A stretch of DNA of 64,000 bases, from contig JBQGDG010000081.1 of the NCBI GenBank assembly GCA_052038935.1, forward strand, positions 24,484-88,483. Direction: 5' to 3'. Under the pieces are notes generated by a model. It ran no database searches and was not told the DNA's origin. It saw nothing but the letters and a program-made list of their open reading frames with translations. Made by a program: the position numbers and the translations under genes. Source of the DNA: Neorhizobium sp. (GTDB lineage: Bacteria; Pseudomonadota; Alphaproteobacteria; Rhizobiales; Rhizobiaceae). Shown here piece by piece: positions 48,199-58,465 of this stretch. Positions within the stretch are counted from its first letter, which is position 1. Every line of letters begins with the position of its first letter.

Positions 48199-51100
48199 AT
48201 GACGAATCCTCGACCGACCGAAACGACCGACAATACCTCTCCAGCTTTTGCAGACTTTGCGCCTCCCGTGCGTCCGCAGACCGAATTGCGCCGGGCGATA
48301 ACCGACGCCTATCGCAGACCGGAAAATGAATGCGTTGCCGCGCTGCTCGAACAGGCGACCCTGCCCGGCGAAAGCCGGAGTGCCATTCGAGCCACGGCCC
48401 GGCGTCTGATCGAGGCGCTGCGTGCCAAGCACAAGGGTACCGGCGTAGAAGGGCTGGTCCACGAATATTCCCTTTCCAGCCAGGAAGGCGTTGCGCTGAT
48501 GTGCCTGGCGGAGGCACTGCTTCGCATTCCCGATACGGCAACGCGCGATGCCCTGATCAGGGACAAGATCTCCCATGGGGACTGGAAATCTCATGTCGGC
48601 GGCGGTCGCTCCTTGTTTGTCAACGCCGCGACCTGGGGCCTGGTGGTCACGGGACGGCTCACCAACACCGTCGATGGCCGCAGTCTCTCGGCGGCGCTCA
48701 CCCGGCTGGTTGCCCGCTGCGGCGAGCCGGTGATCCGCCGTGGTGTCGACATGGCGATGCGCATGATGGGCGAGCAGTTCGTGACCGGCGAGACGATCGC
48801 CGAGGCGCTGAAGCGTGCGAAGCCCCTGGAAGAGCGGGGTTTCCGTTACTCCTACGACATGCTGGGAGAAGCCGCGACGACCGCCGCGGATGCGGAGCGC
48901 TACTACAGGGACTACGAGACCGCGATCCATGCGATCGGCCAGGCCTCCGCCGGCCGCGGGATCTATGACGGCCCGGGCATATCCATCAAACTGTCGGCGC
49001 TGCATCCCCGTTACGTTCGTGCTCAATCCGGTCGCGTCATGGACGAGCTGCTGCCGAAGGTGAAGGCGCTCGCCCTGCTGGCGAGGAAATACGACATCGG
49101 CCTGAACATCGATGCCGAGGAAGCCGATCGACTGGAGCTTTCGCTCGATCTGCTGCAGAGCCTCTGTGAAGACGCGGATCTTTCTGGCTGGGACGGAATG
49201 GGTTTCGTTGTCCAGGCCTATGGCAAGCGCTGCCCGTTCGTACTCGACTTCATCATCGACCTTGCCCGCCGCACCAGCCGCCGTATCATGGTCAGGCTGG
49301 TCAAGGGCGCATATTGGGATGCCGAGATCAAGCGTGCCCAGGTAGACGGGCTGCCGGACTTTCCGGTCTATACGCGCAAGGTGCATACCGACGTTTCCTA
49401 CATCGCCTGCGCCCGCAAGCTTCTGGCGGCAACCGATGCCGTCTTTCCGCAGTTTGCTACCCATAACGCCCAGACGCTGGCGACCATCTATCACCTCGCC
49501 GGACCGGAGTTCAAAACCGGAAAATACGAATTCCAGTGCCTCCATGGCATGGGAGAGCCGCTCTATGACGAGGTCGTCGGCGCCGGCAAGCTCAACCGTC
49601 CGGCCCGCATCTATGCGCCTGTCGGCACGCATGAGACGCTGCTCGCCTATCTGGTCCGCCGGCTTCTGGAAAACGGCGCCAACTCATCCTTCGTCAACCG
49701 TATCGGCGACAAGGGTGTATCCGTCGACGAATTGGTTGCCGATCCCGCAGACGTAGTTCGATCCATGGCGGAGATTGGCGCCCGGCACGACCAGATCGCC
49801 CTGCCACGCGATCTCTATGGCGGTCGCAGGAATTCCGAAGGCCTTGATCTCTCCAGCGAAACGACGCTGACGGAGATTTCCGAAACGCTGCGGGCCTCGG
49901 CGGATCGTGAATGGATTTCCCGTCCACGGATCGATGAACGGGATGCGGATGGCGTTTCCCGTCCGGTGCTCAATCCGGGTGATCGGAACGATGTCGTCGG
50001 CACCGTGACCGAGATTTCGGAGAGCCGCGTCCCGCAGGTCATGGCCACCGCCAGCATGGCGGCTGCCGGCTGGGGGGCGGTCGCCCCCGCCGACCGGGCA
50101 GCCTGCCTGGAGCGTGCGGCCGATATCATGCAGGCCGGCATGCCCGAGCTGCTCGGCCTCGTTATGCGCGAAGCGGGCAAGTCCATGCCTAATGCCATCG
50201 CCGAAGTGCGCGAGGCGATCGATTTTCTGCGATATTACGCCGAACAGGCGCGCAGGACGCTCGGCCCGGGACATCGGCCGCTCGGACCGGTTGTCTGCAT
50301 TAGTCCGTGGAACTTCCCGCTTGCGATCTTTACCGGTCAGATCGCCGCTGCGCTGGTCGCCGGCAATCCGGTGCTCGCCAAGCCGGCAGAAGAAACGCCG
50401 CTGATTGCCGCACAGGGTATCCGTATCCTGCACGAAGCGGGGATCCCGGCCGATGCACTTCAGCTTCTGCCGGGAGATGGCCGTATCGGTGCCGCACTCG
50501 TCGGCTCCGAAAAAACCTGCGGCGTGATGTTCACGGGTTCGACGGAGGTTGCCCGCCTTATCCAGGCACAGCTTGCTTCGCGCCTCCTGCCGAACGGCAA
50601 GCCTATCCCCCTGATCGCCGAAACCGGCGGCCAGAACGCGATGATCGTCGATTCCTCCGCACTTGCAGAACAGGTCGTTTTCGATGTGATCGCCTCGGCC
50701 TTCGACAGCGCCGGCCAGCGTTGCTCCGCCTTGCGTGTCCTGTGCCTGCAGGACGATGTCGCGGACCGTATCCTGACCATGCTCAAGGGGGCCTTGCGGG
50801 AACTTTCGATCGGGCGCACGGATCGCCTGAGGATCGATATCGGCCCGGTCATTACCGAAGAAGCGAAGGGCATTATCGAGAAGCATGTCGAAGACATGCG
50901 GATCCTCGGTCGGAAAGTCGAGCAACTGCCGCTCGGTCCGGAAGCTGCCAACGGCACCTTCGTCGCGCCGACGATCATCGAGATCGGTTCGCTGAAGGAT
51001 CTCCATCGCGAGGTATTCGGTCCGGTCCTGCATGTGCTGCGCTATAGGCGCGACGATCTGGAGCGCCTCATCGAGGATATCAACGGGACCGGTTATGGCC

Positions 51101-51894
51101 TGACATTCGGCCTCCACACGCGGCTCGACGAAACCATTGCGCAGGTGACTGACCTCATCCAGGTCGGCAATATATACGTCAACCGCAATGTGATCGGCGC
51201 TGTGGTCGGCGTCCAGCCCTTTGGCGGCCGCGGCCTGTCCGGTACCGGGCCGAAGGCGGGTGGACCTCTCTATCTCGGCCGGCTGGTGGACAAGGCTCCC
51301 GTCCCGCCTCGTCACAGCTCGGTGCATACCGACCCGGCGCTGACGGATTTCGCCCGCTGGCTCGGACAACGTGGTCGCAACCGACTTGCGCAGGATGCCC
51401 GCGAAACGGGCGCCGTATCCGCGCTCGGTCTGGTAACCGAGCTCCCCGGCCCGGTCGGCGAGCGCAATATCTATGCCTTGCATCCGCGCGGTCGGGTTCT
51501 GCTCGTTCCAAGGAGCGAGGCCGGCCTCTATCGCCAGCTTACTGCCGCGCTGGCGACCGGAAACAGGGTTTCGATCGATGCGGCTTCGGGCCTCCAGGCG
51601 TCGCTTTCCGACCTGCCCGCCAGCGTCGCCGCAAGGATTGGCTGGAGCCAGGATTGGGCAAAGGATGCGCCATTCGCCGGCGCCCTGATCGAGGGAGAGG
51701 GCGACGCTGTCGTCGAGATAGCGAAGAGGATCGCCGCCTTGCCGGGACCGCTCGTTCTCGTCCAGGCGGCTACGACGGAAGAACTCGGCGCGAGCGCCGA
51801 AGCCTACTGCCTGAACTGGCTGCTGGAAGAGGTCTCGACATCGATCAACACGACTGCGGCCGGCGGCAATGCCAGCCTCATGGCGATCGGCTGA
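48199..51894 (+). CDS. putA: Bifunctional proline dehydrogenase / L-glutamate gamma-semialdehyde dehydrogenase
   Basis: EGVALMCLAEALLRIPD, SYDMLGE, RLVKGAYWD, RRLLENGAN, ETGG, SAGQRCSA, INTTAAGGNASL. Confidence 0.98.
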   Translation: MTNPRPTETTDNTSPAFADFAPPVRPQTELRRAITDAYRRPENECVAALLEQATLPGESRSAIRATARRLIEALRAKHKGTGVEGLVHEYSLSSQEGVALMCLAEALLRIPDTATRDALIRDKISHGDWKSHVGGGRSLFVNAATWGLVVTGRLTNTVDGRSLSAALTRLVARCGEPVIRRGVDMAMRMMGEQFVTGETIAEALKRAKPLEERGFRYSYDMLGEAATTAADAERYYRDYETAIHAIGQASAGRGIYDGPGISIKLSALHPRYVRAQSGRVMDELLPKVKALALLARKYDIGLNIDAEEADRLELSLDLLQSLCEDADLSGWDGMGFVVQAYGKRCPFVLDFIIDLARRTSRRIMVRLVKGAYWDAEIKRAQVDGLPDFPVYTRKVHTDVSYIACARKLLAATDAVFPQFATHNAQTLATIYHLAGPEFKTGKYEFQCLHGMGEPLYDEVVGAGKLNRPARIYAPVGTHETLLAYLVRRLLENGANSSFVNRIGDKGVSVDELVADPADVVRSMAEIGARHDQIALPRDLYGGRRNSEGLDLSSETTLTEISETLRASADREWISRPRIDERDADGVSRPVLNPGDRNDVVGTVTEISESRVPQVMATASMAAAGWGAVAPADRAACLERAADIMQAGMPELLGLVMREAGKSMPNAIAEVREAIDFLRYYAEQARRTLGPGHRPLGPVVCISPWNFPLAIFTGQIAAALVAGNPVLAKPAEETPLIAAQGIRILHEAGIPADALQLLPGDGRIGAALVGSEKTCGVMFTGSTEVARLIQAQLASRLLPNGKPIPLIAETGGQNAMIVDSSALAEQVVFDVIASAFDSAGQRCSALRVLCLQDDVADRILTMLKGALRELSIGRTDRLRIDIGPVITEEAKGIIEKHVEDMRILGRKVEQLPLGPEAANGTFVAPTIIEIGSLKDLHREVFGPVLHVLRYRRDDLERLIEDINGTGYGLTFGLHTRLDETIAQVTDLIQVGNIYVNRNVIGAVVGVQPFGGRGLSGTGPKAGGPLYLGRLVDKAPVPPRHSSVHTDPALTDFARWLGQRGRNRLAQDARETGAVSALGLVTELPGPVGERNIYALHPRGRVLLVPRSEAGLYRQLTAALATGNRVSIDAASGLQASLSDLPASVAARIGWSQDWAKDAPFAGALIEGEGDAVVEIAKRIAALPGPLVLVQAATTEELGASAEAYCLNWLLEEVSTSINTTAAGGNASLMAIG

Positions 51895-51896
51895 TC

Positions 51897-51957
51897 GCGG
51901 ATATCCGTCAAGGACGATATCCGCGGATAAGCGCGCGGTTCAAGCCGCGCGTTTATC
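51897..51957. terminator. Tandem hairpins between the convergent putA and sugar ABC ATPase genes
   Basis: GCGGATATCCGTC/GACGATATCCGC (51897-51924) and GATAAGCGCGCGG/CCGCGCGTTTATC (51926-51957). Confidence 0.6.
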
Positions 51958-52047
51958 TTGCCGCAAGCTGCCCGCCCGGCGGACATGCCGATCGGGCGGC
52001 GAACATCCAGGCCCGCGGTTTCCACTGCGGGCATCGACGCGATCGAT

Positions 52048-53139
52048 TCAAGCCCTGCCGACGGCAAGGGTTGTCCCCGTCTCCTTGTCGAAGAGGTGGA
52101 TGGAGCGCTCGTCGAGGCGGAACGAAACCCGATCTCCCGGCCGAGGAGCCTCGGACGCCTTGACGAGAGCGCTGACTTCGGTGCCTCCATAGAGATACGT
52201 CACCAGCACGTCGTTGCCATGGAACTCGGCGAGATCGACGACGCCGCTCAGGAGGTTGCCGGTCTCCTCCCTCGCCAGTGTCAGGTCCGCCGGCCGTACG
52301 CCGAGTACGGCCTTCTGGCCGGGGCGAACCGAGAACCCGCTTCGGGAAATCCCGAAGTCGCCGCCGCCCGAACGTAGCGTGTAGCCGCTATCGGTTTCAC
52401 CGATCGTCACGTCGATGAAGTTCATGTTCGGCGTGCCGATGAAGCCCGCGACGAAAAGCGTCTTCGGCCTTTCGTAGATCTCCGCCGGCGAGCCGACCTG
52501 CTCGATCGCTCCGCCTTTCATCAGCACGATCCTGTCGGCCAGCGTCATCGCCTCGAGCTGATCGTGCGTCACATAGATGGTGGTCGTCTTCAACTGCTGA
52601 TGAAGACGGGCGATCTCGACACGCATGTGATGACGCAACTTGGCGTCGAGGTTGGAAAGAGGTTCGTCGAAGAGGAACACCTTAGGGGTCTTGATCATGG
52701 CGCGGGCGATCGCGACGCGCTGCTGCTGGCCGCCGGAAAGTTCCGCCGGCTTGCGTGTCAGATAGGGTTCGAGCCCGAGCGTTGCCGAGACTGCCCTGAT
52801 GCGCTCGTCGATCTGTTCCCTGGGCACCTTCATGCGCTTCAGGCCGAACGCGATATTGTCGTAGATCGTCATATGCGGGTAGAGCGCGTAGTTCTGGAAC
52901 ACCATCGCGACGCCACGGTCCCGCGGCTCGAGATCGTTGACCGGCTTTCCCCCGATGGAGATCGTGCCGCCGGATATGTCCTCGAGCCCGGCGATCATGC
53001 GCAGCAGCGTGGATTTTCCGCAGCCGGACGGCCCCAGGAAGACGATGAACTCGTGATCGGCGACATCGAGGTTGAATTCCTTGATGACGTTGATGGCACC
53101 ATAGTTCTTGTCGACGGCTGAGCAGACGATCGTGGACAT
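52048..53139 (-). CDS. Sugar ABC transporter ATP-binding protein (MalK/SmoK-like)
   Basis: [35 protein letters not shown]; true start is ATG 53139 (GAGGAAG RBS). Confidence 0.95.
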   Translation of the reverse strand: MSTIVCSAVDKNYGAINVIKEFNLDVADHEFIVFLGPSGCGKSTLLRMIAGLEDISGGTISIGGKPVNDLEPRDRGVAMVFQNYALYPHMTIYDNIAFGLKRMKVPREQIDERIRAVSATLGLEPYLTRKPAELSGGQQQRVAIARAMIKTPKVFLFDEPLSNLDAKLRHHMRVEIARLHQQLKTTTIYVTHDQLEAMTLADRIVLMKGGAIEQVGSPAEIYERPKTLFVAGFIGTPNMNFIDVTIGETDSGYTLRSGGGDFGISRSGFSVRPGQKAVLGVRPADLTLAREETGNLLSGVVDLAEFHGNDVLVTYLYGGTEVSALVKASEAPRPGDRVSFRLDERSIHLFDKETGTTLAVGRA

Positions 53140-53150
53140 CTCGGTCTTCC

Positions 53151-54188
53151 TCAGCTTTCCAGAAGAATTTGCAGTTTGACGTCGGACGCGTGGCCGGCGG
53201 CGGCACGTTCGAAGGCTGCGATCGACTGTTTGAAATCGAAGGTGCCGGTGATCAGGGGCTTCAGGTCGACCTTGCCGGAGGCGATCAGTTCCAGTGCGCG
53301 GTCGAAGATGTTGGCGTAACGGAAAACCGTCTCGATACGCACTTCCTTGGAGATGGCGCTCGCCACGTCGAAGGGAACCGGCTCGACCGGCAGGCCGACG
53401 AGGACGAAGGCGCCGCCCGGCCGCACGAGATCGAACATGCCCTGGAAGGCTTTCGGGCTGCCGCTCGCCTCGAACACGACGTCCGCACCCCAGCCGGATG
53501 TCGCTTCGGCGATTACGTCGGAGAATGCCCGTTCCTTGATGTTGACCGGGATGATGCCGGGATACTGGCCGGCGATCGCGAGCTTGTCGGCGCTCAGATC
53601 CGAGATGAAAACGCGGGCGCAGCCACCGGCGAGCGCGGCGAGAGCCACCATGATGCCGATCGGGCCGGCGCCGATGACCGCCGCCACGTCGCCCGGCTGG
53701 ATGCGGGCCCGCGTTGCGGCCTGCATGCCGATCGCGAAGGGCTCCACCATCGCACCTTCGGCGAAGCTGACATTGTCCGGCAGCTTGTAGGTGAAGGCGG
53801 CCGGATGCACCGTATAGGGTGCAAGTACGCCATGGATCGGCGGCGTAGCCCAGAAGCGAACATCCGGGTCGACGTTGTAGAGGCCGAGCTTCGAGGCCCG
53901 CGACGAGAGATTGGGAATGCCGGGCTCCATGCAGACGCGGTCGCCGGGCTTCAGGTTGCGGACGTCCGATCCGACTTCCACCACCGTGCCGGCGGCTTCG
54001 TGACCGAGGACCATCGGCTCGCGCAATACATAAGGTCCGATCGCGCCATGCGTGTAGTAATGCACGTCGCTGCCGCAAACGCCGACGGTATGGATCTTGA
54101 TCTTGACGTCGTTCGGCCCGACATCGAGCGGCAGATCTATGTCTCGCAGGGATAGAACACCCTTTCGTTCGAGAACGAGAGCTTCCAT
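53151..54188 (-). CDS. Zinc-dependent polyol dehydrogenase (xylitol dehydrogenase/D-xylulose reductase-like)
   Basis: [32 protein letters not shown]. Confidence 0.9.
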   Translation of the reverse strand: MEALVLERKGVLSLRDIDLPLDVGPNDVKIKIHTVGVCGSDVHYYTHGAIGPYVLREPMVLGHEAAGTVVEVGSDVRNLKPGDRVCMEPGIPNLSSRASKLGLYNVDPDVRFWATPPIHGVLAPYTVHPAAFTYKLPDNVSFAEGAMVEPFAIGMQAATRARIQPGDVAAVIGAGPIGIMVALAALAGGCARVFISDLSADKLAIAGQYPGIIPVNIKERAFSDVIAEATSGWGADVVFEASGSPKAFQGMFDLVRPGGAFVLVGLPVEPVPFDVASAISKEVRIETVFRYANIFDRALELIASGKVDLKPLITGTFDFKQSIAAFERAAAGHASDVKLQILLES

Positions 54189-54203
54189 GTCGATAATCCT
54201 TTT

Positions 54204-55025
54204 TTACGATGACTTGCGCTTGAAGGCGCTGTTGAGCATGCCGCTCAGCACTCCGAGGAAGAGCAGCGGCGGAATGGAGAGCAGGACGACCGAGGCATTC
54301 AGGATGCCCCACGGAACGTCGCGCCCAAGCTGGGTAAGCTCGGAGGCTACGATCGGCAATGTCTTCGCATCCGATGTCGTCAGCATGAGGGCGATGAGGA
54401 ACTCGTTCCACACGAGTACGAAACTGAATGCGACGGCGCCGATCAGCGATCGCGAGGCGATCGGCAATGCGATCAGGAAAAATATCGCAAAGGGACCGTA
54501 GCCGTCGACGCGGGCCGCTTCCTCCACCTCCTTGGGAACGCGCGCGAAGGCCGGCACGCTCAGCCATATGACCGTGGCGAGGGTCAGCAGCGTATAGGTG
54601 ACTATCATCGACAGCCGGGTATCGTAGAAACCGAGATCGAGCCAGATCACCATCAGCGGGATGGCGACGGCCACGGGCGGCAGGAAGCGGAGCGACAGCA
54701 CGAAGAACTGGATGTCCTTAGACCAGCGGTTCGGGTAACGGGCGATCGCATAGGCTGCCGGTAGCCCGAGGATGGCGCCGATGACAACAGCCGCGCCGCA
54801 GATCAGCGCCGAGTTGACGAGGCCGGCAAAGACGCTGTCGCGACCGAGCACGTAGGCGAAATTGTCGAGCGTCGGCGTGAAGATGAAAAGCGGCGTCGGG
54901 GTAACGATGTCCACACGGTTCTTGAACGCGTTGAGCGTCGTCCAGAAGACCGGGAATATGGCGGAGAACGCGGCAATCGCGAGGAGAATCCGGCCGATCG
55001 TGCGGCCTGCCCGGTGCTTGCTCAT
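54204..55025 (-). CDS. Carbohydrate ABC permease
   Basis: EEAARVDG EAA motif, WNEF, 6 predicted transmembrane segments. Confidence 0.95.
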   Translation of the reverse strand: MSKHRAGRTIGRILLAIAAFSAIFPVFWTTLNAFKNRVDIVTPTPLFIFTPTLDNFAYVLGRDSVFAGLVNSALICGAAVVIGAILGLPAAYAIARYPNRWSKDIQFFVLSLRFLPPVAVAIPLMVIWLDLGFYDTRLSMIVTYTLLTLATVIWLSVPAFARVPKEVEEAARVDGYGPFAIFFLIALPIASRSLIGAVAFSFVLVWNEFLIALMLTTSDAKTLPIVASELTQLGRDVPWGILNASVVLLSIPPLLFLGVLSGMLNSAFKRKSS

Positions 55026-55888
55026 ACCTTTGCCCTCTTCCAGATCACGGTGAAGGCGATCGATGTCGCGATCATCATCAGGACCGCCATGCTCGACGCG
55101 TAGGAAATCCGGCCGGACTCGATGAACCCCTGCGAAAAGGCGTACATGTCGAGCGTTTCCGTCGAAACGCCGGGGCCGCCGCGGGTCATGACATAGATCA
55201 GGTCGAAGGCGCGCAGCGATTCGATCATCTTGACGAAGGCAATGGAGATCAGCGGCGCCTTCAGCATCGGCAACGCTACATAGGCGTAGATTTCCCAGGT
55301 GCGGGCGTGGTCGAGACGCGCGGCTTCGAACGGCTGCGGAGGAAGCGTCTCAAGCAGCTTGAGGACGATGACCGAGAAGAACAGGCCCCATTGCCAGACA
55401 TCGACAAGTGCGATGGTGCCGAGCGCGGTGACGGGGTTCGACAGAAGATCGAGGGGCTGGCCGGTGATCGCCTTGTAGGGATAGGTGATGATCCCGTAGA
55501 GCGGGTGAAAGGCGAATTTCCAGACGAAGGCGGCCGACACCCGCGGCAGGATCACGGGGATCAGGAACAGCAGCGCCAGGATGTTGCGGGTTTTTGGCGA
55601 AACGCACTCGAACAGAAGAATTCCGATGCCGATCGCAATTACCAGCGTCAGCACGACGGTGACCAGTTCCCAGGTCAGTGATACCTGGATCGCATTGAGG
55701 AACCGCCTGTCCGAAAACAGGGCTAAGTAGTTCTCGAAACCGACGAACCGCCCGTCCGGCCGGCTGAGCTCGCGATCCTCGAACGAGATGATCACGGCAT
55801 ATATGGTCGGTACCAGCGCCAGAACGGCGAGCACGGCCATGGCTGGCGTGAGGAATACGGCCGGCAACAATGTACGCTTGGCTTTCAT
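55022..55888 (-). CDS. Carbohydrate ABC permease
   Basis: FVGFENY, DVWQW, EAARLD, FDLIYVMTRGGPG. Confidence 0.95.
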   Translation of the reverse strand: MKAKRTLLPAVFLTPAMAVLAVLALVPTIYAVIISFEDRELSRPDGRFVGFENYLALFSDRRFLNAIQVSLTWELVTVVLTLVIAIGIGILLFECVSPKTRNILALLFLIPVILPRVSAAFVWKFAFHPLYGIITYPYKAITGQPLDLLSNPVTALGTIALVDVWQWGLFFSVIVLKLLETLPPQPFEAARLDHARTWEIYAYVALPMLKAPLISIAFVKMIESLRAFDLIYVMTRGGPGVSTETLDMYAFSQGFIESGRISYASSMAVLMMIATSIAFTVIWKRAKV

Positions 55889-55926
55889 GCTGTGTCCTTC
55901 GGGCTCCGCGGGCCGATGGCAGAAAG

Positions 55927-55957
55927 CCCGGCGGGGGCGCGACACGCTCCCGCCGGG
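55927..55957 (-). other. Stem-loop between the binding-protein gene and the permease gene
   Basis: CCCGGCGGGGGCG-CGACA-CGCTCCCGCCGGG inverted repeat. Confidence 0.55.
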
Positions 55958-55972
55958 ATGTCGATACGGTCG

Positions 55973-57250
55973 TTATTCGGCCCGTGCGGCCAGATCCTTG
56001 GCAAAGCCGTTCAACTCGTCCAGGCCATCCTTGATGTCGGTGCGGGTGCCGGTAATCAGCTCTTCGAGAATGATGCCCCAGCGATCGCCGAGATCCGGCC
56101 ACCGGGCGTTCTGCCAGAAGTTGACGGCGGTTACCTTGCCGGTGTCCGCCAGCGCTTGGCCGAGCGCGGGACCATACATGTCCGCGAAGGTCTTGCTGGT
56201 CATCACGCTGGTGCGGTTGAGTTCGCTGAACTGACCCTCTTCGAGACGGCGCTGTTCGTTTTCCTTCGATGTCGCCCAGGCGATGAAGAGGCCGGCACAT
56301 GCCTTGGAAGCGTCATCCTCGTTCGCCTTGGTCCCGATGGCGAGACCATGGCCGTAGCCTCCGCCGGTGAGGGGCGTCGGCGGCGGCAGGTAACCGATCT
56401 TGTCGGCAACCTGTGACGACTTCTTGTCGAGCGCCATGCCGACAAGCGGCGTGGATTCGATCAGCATTGCGACCTGCCCGGATGTGAATGCGCCGACCGC
56501 CTCGTCCCAGCCGCCTGTCGCGCTGCCCGGAGCCGAATATTTGAAGAGCTTGAGATAGGTTTCCGTCGCCTTCACGGCCGCCTCGCCGTCGAATACGGGC
56601 GTCTTGCCGTCGAACCATTCGCCACCGAAGCCCTTGAAGAAGGGCATCCAGCGCCAGACATTGGCGCCCGAGCCACGCTGGCCCCGCAAGGCTGTTCCGT
56701 AGATTCCCTTGTCCGGCTGATTGAGCTTTTCGACGGCTGCGATGTATTCGTCGAGTGTCTTCGGCGGCTGGATGCCGGCGGCTTCGAGAAGGTCCTTGCG
56801 GTAGACCATCAGATCACCGCCGCCGGTCAGGGGCGCAAACCAGACCTTGCCGTCGAAGCTTGCGACCTTCTGGCGACCGGGATCGAAATCGGCGTAGTCG
56901 TAATCCTTCGGGTAGTAGTCCGTCAGCGGTACGACCCAGCCCGAAGAGGCAAAGAGGGCGACATTTGCCTCATCAATATAATACACATTGTATTTGCCGA
57001 TCGTCGACGCGTCGGCCTTGGTCTTCGCCCTTCGGTCATTCTCGTTAAGGTAGTCGATCTGGAACTCCGCGCCTCCGCTAAGCTTGCTGAATTCCTCCCT
57101 GTAGTTCTCAAGAAGGGTCAGGCCGTCACGGGGCTGCGCCAGAACACGGATGGTTCCGGAGCATTCTGCGGCTGATGCCACGGATGCTGCGGCGCCGAAA
57201 AACGCGCATGCGATAGCGATGCTCGAAACGAGTGATTTCATGCCATTCAT
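55973..57250 (-). CDS. Sugar/polyol ABC substrate-binding protein
   Basis: Signal peptide; YRKDLL..G..PPKT, FTSGQVAM, FIAWATS. Confidence 0.93.
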   Translation of the reverse strand: MNGMKSLVSSIAIACAFFGAAASVASAAECSGTIRVLAQPRDGLTLLENYREEFSKLSGGAEFQIDYLNENDRRAKTKADASTIGKYNVYYIDEANVALFASSGWVVPLTDYYPKDYDYADFDPGRQKVASFDGKVWFAPLTGGGDLMVYRKDLLEAAGIQPPKTLDEYIAAVEKLNQPDKGIYGTALRGQRGSGANVWRWMPFFKGFGGEWFDGKTPVFDGEAAVKATETYLKLFKYSAPGSATGGWDEAVGAFTSGQVAMLIESTPLVGMALDKKSSQVADKIGYLPPPTPLTGGGYGHGLAIGTKANEDDASKACAGLFIAWATSKENEQRRLEEGQFSELNRTSVMTSKTFADMYGPALGQALADTGKVTAVNFWQNARWPDLGDRWGIILEELITGTRTDIKDGLDELNGFAKDLAARAE

Positions 57251-57394
57251 GGTGGTGCCTCCCTAGCAACACGCAGTCCGGATGTCCCAGATCCGTCCCG
57301 CTTCTCCCAGCGATAGAAAACCGCTCCGGTGATATTAGGAACGGGATCGCCACAAACTAGCGCGCTGCATGCAGCGAATCTGTACTTTAATGCG

Positions 57395-58357
57395 CTATGC
57401 CGTCGGAGCGTTGACCAGCCGAACCGGACGCCGTTGTCCCGTCAGCTTACGGTAGGAGGACGGGGTCATCTTGTGCTGGCGAAGGAAGGTGCGATTGAAA
57501 TTCGAGATATTCAGGTAGCCGACCTCGAAACATATGTCGGTGACCGGCATATCCGTCTGCGACAGCAGTTTGCAGGCCTGCCAGATCCGCAGCTTGTTGA
57601 CGTGATCGGTAAAGCTGTTGCCGGTGTTCTTCTTGAAGAACCGCGAAAATGCACTTTCGCTCATCCCGGAAAGTTCCGCCACTTCCGTAAGATGTATATC
57701 GCTCGCGAGATGTTCGAAGATGTAGATCAGCGATCTCTGCAGAACGTTCAAGCTCTCGGCGTCGAGCTTCGGCGCGAATTCCGGCGAGGAAAGGATTTCG
57801 TATTCGGCCGAGGAGGACAGGAGGTCAAGGAGCTGAAAGAAGGAACTCAGCCGGGCGAAGCCGCGGAGCGCGATCATGCCCTCGATGAGGTCGGTGGCAC
57901 GCTGCTGGGTACTGCCGGTAAAGACGACGCCACGCTCCGACCTTTTCAGGAAATCGGCGAGCTGAGCGAATTCCGGGAAGAATTCGGCAATGGCGCCCAG
58001 CCGCCTCGGCTCGAATTGGATAACGACATCCCTGCCCGCGATCACCTCACCGGGCTCCGTTGCGGTGACCCAGTCATGCGGAAGATTGGGGCCGACCACG
58101 GTCAGGTGGCCGGGGTTGAACTCGCCGATATAGTCTCCCACGAACGCCATGCCGCTCGATTTCCGGATCAGGTGGATTTCGATTTCCGGATGAAAGTTCC
58201 AGACATTGCGTTCCCACGGGTAATCGTCGACGCGGAAGACGAAGGATTCGTTCGCGTTGGCGACGATATGTTCGAAGGTTGGCAGGTTGGCGGACATCGC
58301 TGCTGCCTTGGCTCCCAGCGCCTTGCGTGCGTCAAGCGATTTGGCGTTCTTGAGCAT
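57395..58357 (-). CDS. AraC-family regulator (polyol MtlR-like)
   Basis: Cupin WNFHPEIEIHLI..GPNLPHDW; HTH MSESAFSRFFKK, GYLNISNFNRTF..TPSSYR. Confidence 0.92.
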   Translation of the reverse strand: MLKNAKSLDARKALGAKAAAMSANLPTFEHIVANANESFVFRVDDYPWERNVWNFHPEIEIHLIRKSSGMAFVGDYIGEFNPGHLTVVGPNLPHDWVTATEPGEVIAGRDVVIQFEPRRLGAIAEFFPEFAQLADFLKRSERGVVFTGSTQQRATDLIEGMIALRGFARLSSFFQLLDLLSSSAEYEILSSPEFAPKLDAESLNVLQRSLIYIFEHLASDIHLTEVAELSGMSESAFSRFFKKNTGNSFTDHVNKLRIWQACKLLSQTDMPVTDICFEVGYLNISNFNRTFLRQHKMTPSSYRKLTGQRRPVRLVNAPTA

Positions 58358-58465
58358 TTCTTTCCCCGGCCCGGATGCCTCCAAGGTGCCCAAAAAGGCC
58401 GCCGGGTCAAGAGAACGGCCGAAGCCGTCCTCTTCCGGTCGGTCGCCGGCTTCTCTGCCGCGGAT

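Noticed and set aside
49684-51483. 599-aa minus-strand ORF (also 48154..49632, 41634..43247, 43555..45024, 13373..14593)
   Set aside because: Antisense shadows of well-supported genes.
53140-54567. 476-codon N-terminal extension of the sugar ABC ATPase in the ORF track (52048..54567)
   Set aside because: Arg-rich alternative frame overlapping the real dehydrogenase and permease genes; the ATPase has its own RBS and start at 53139.
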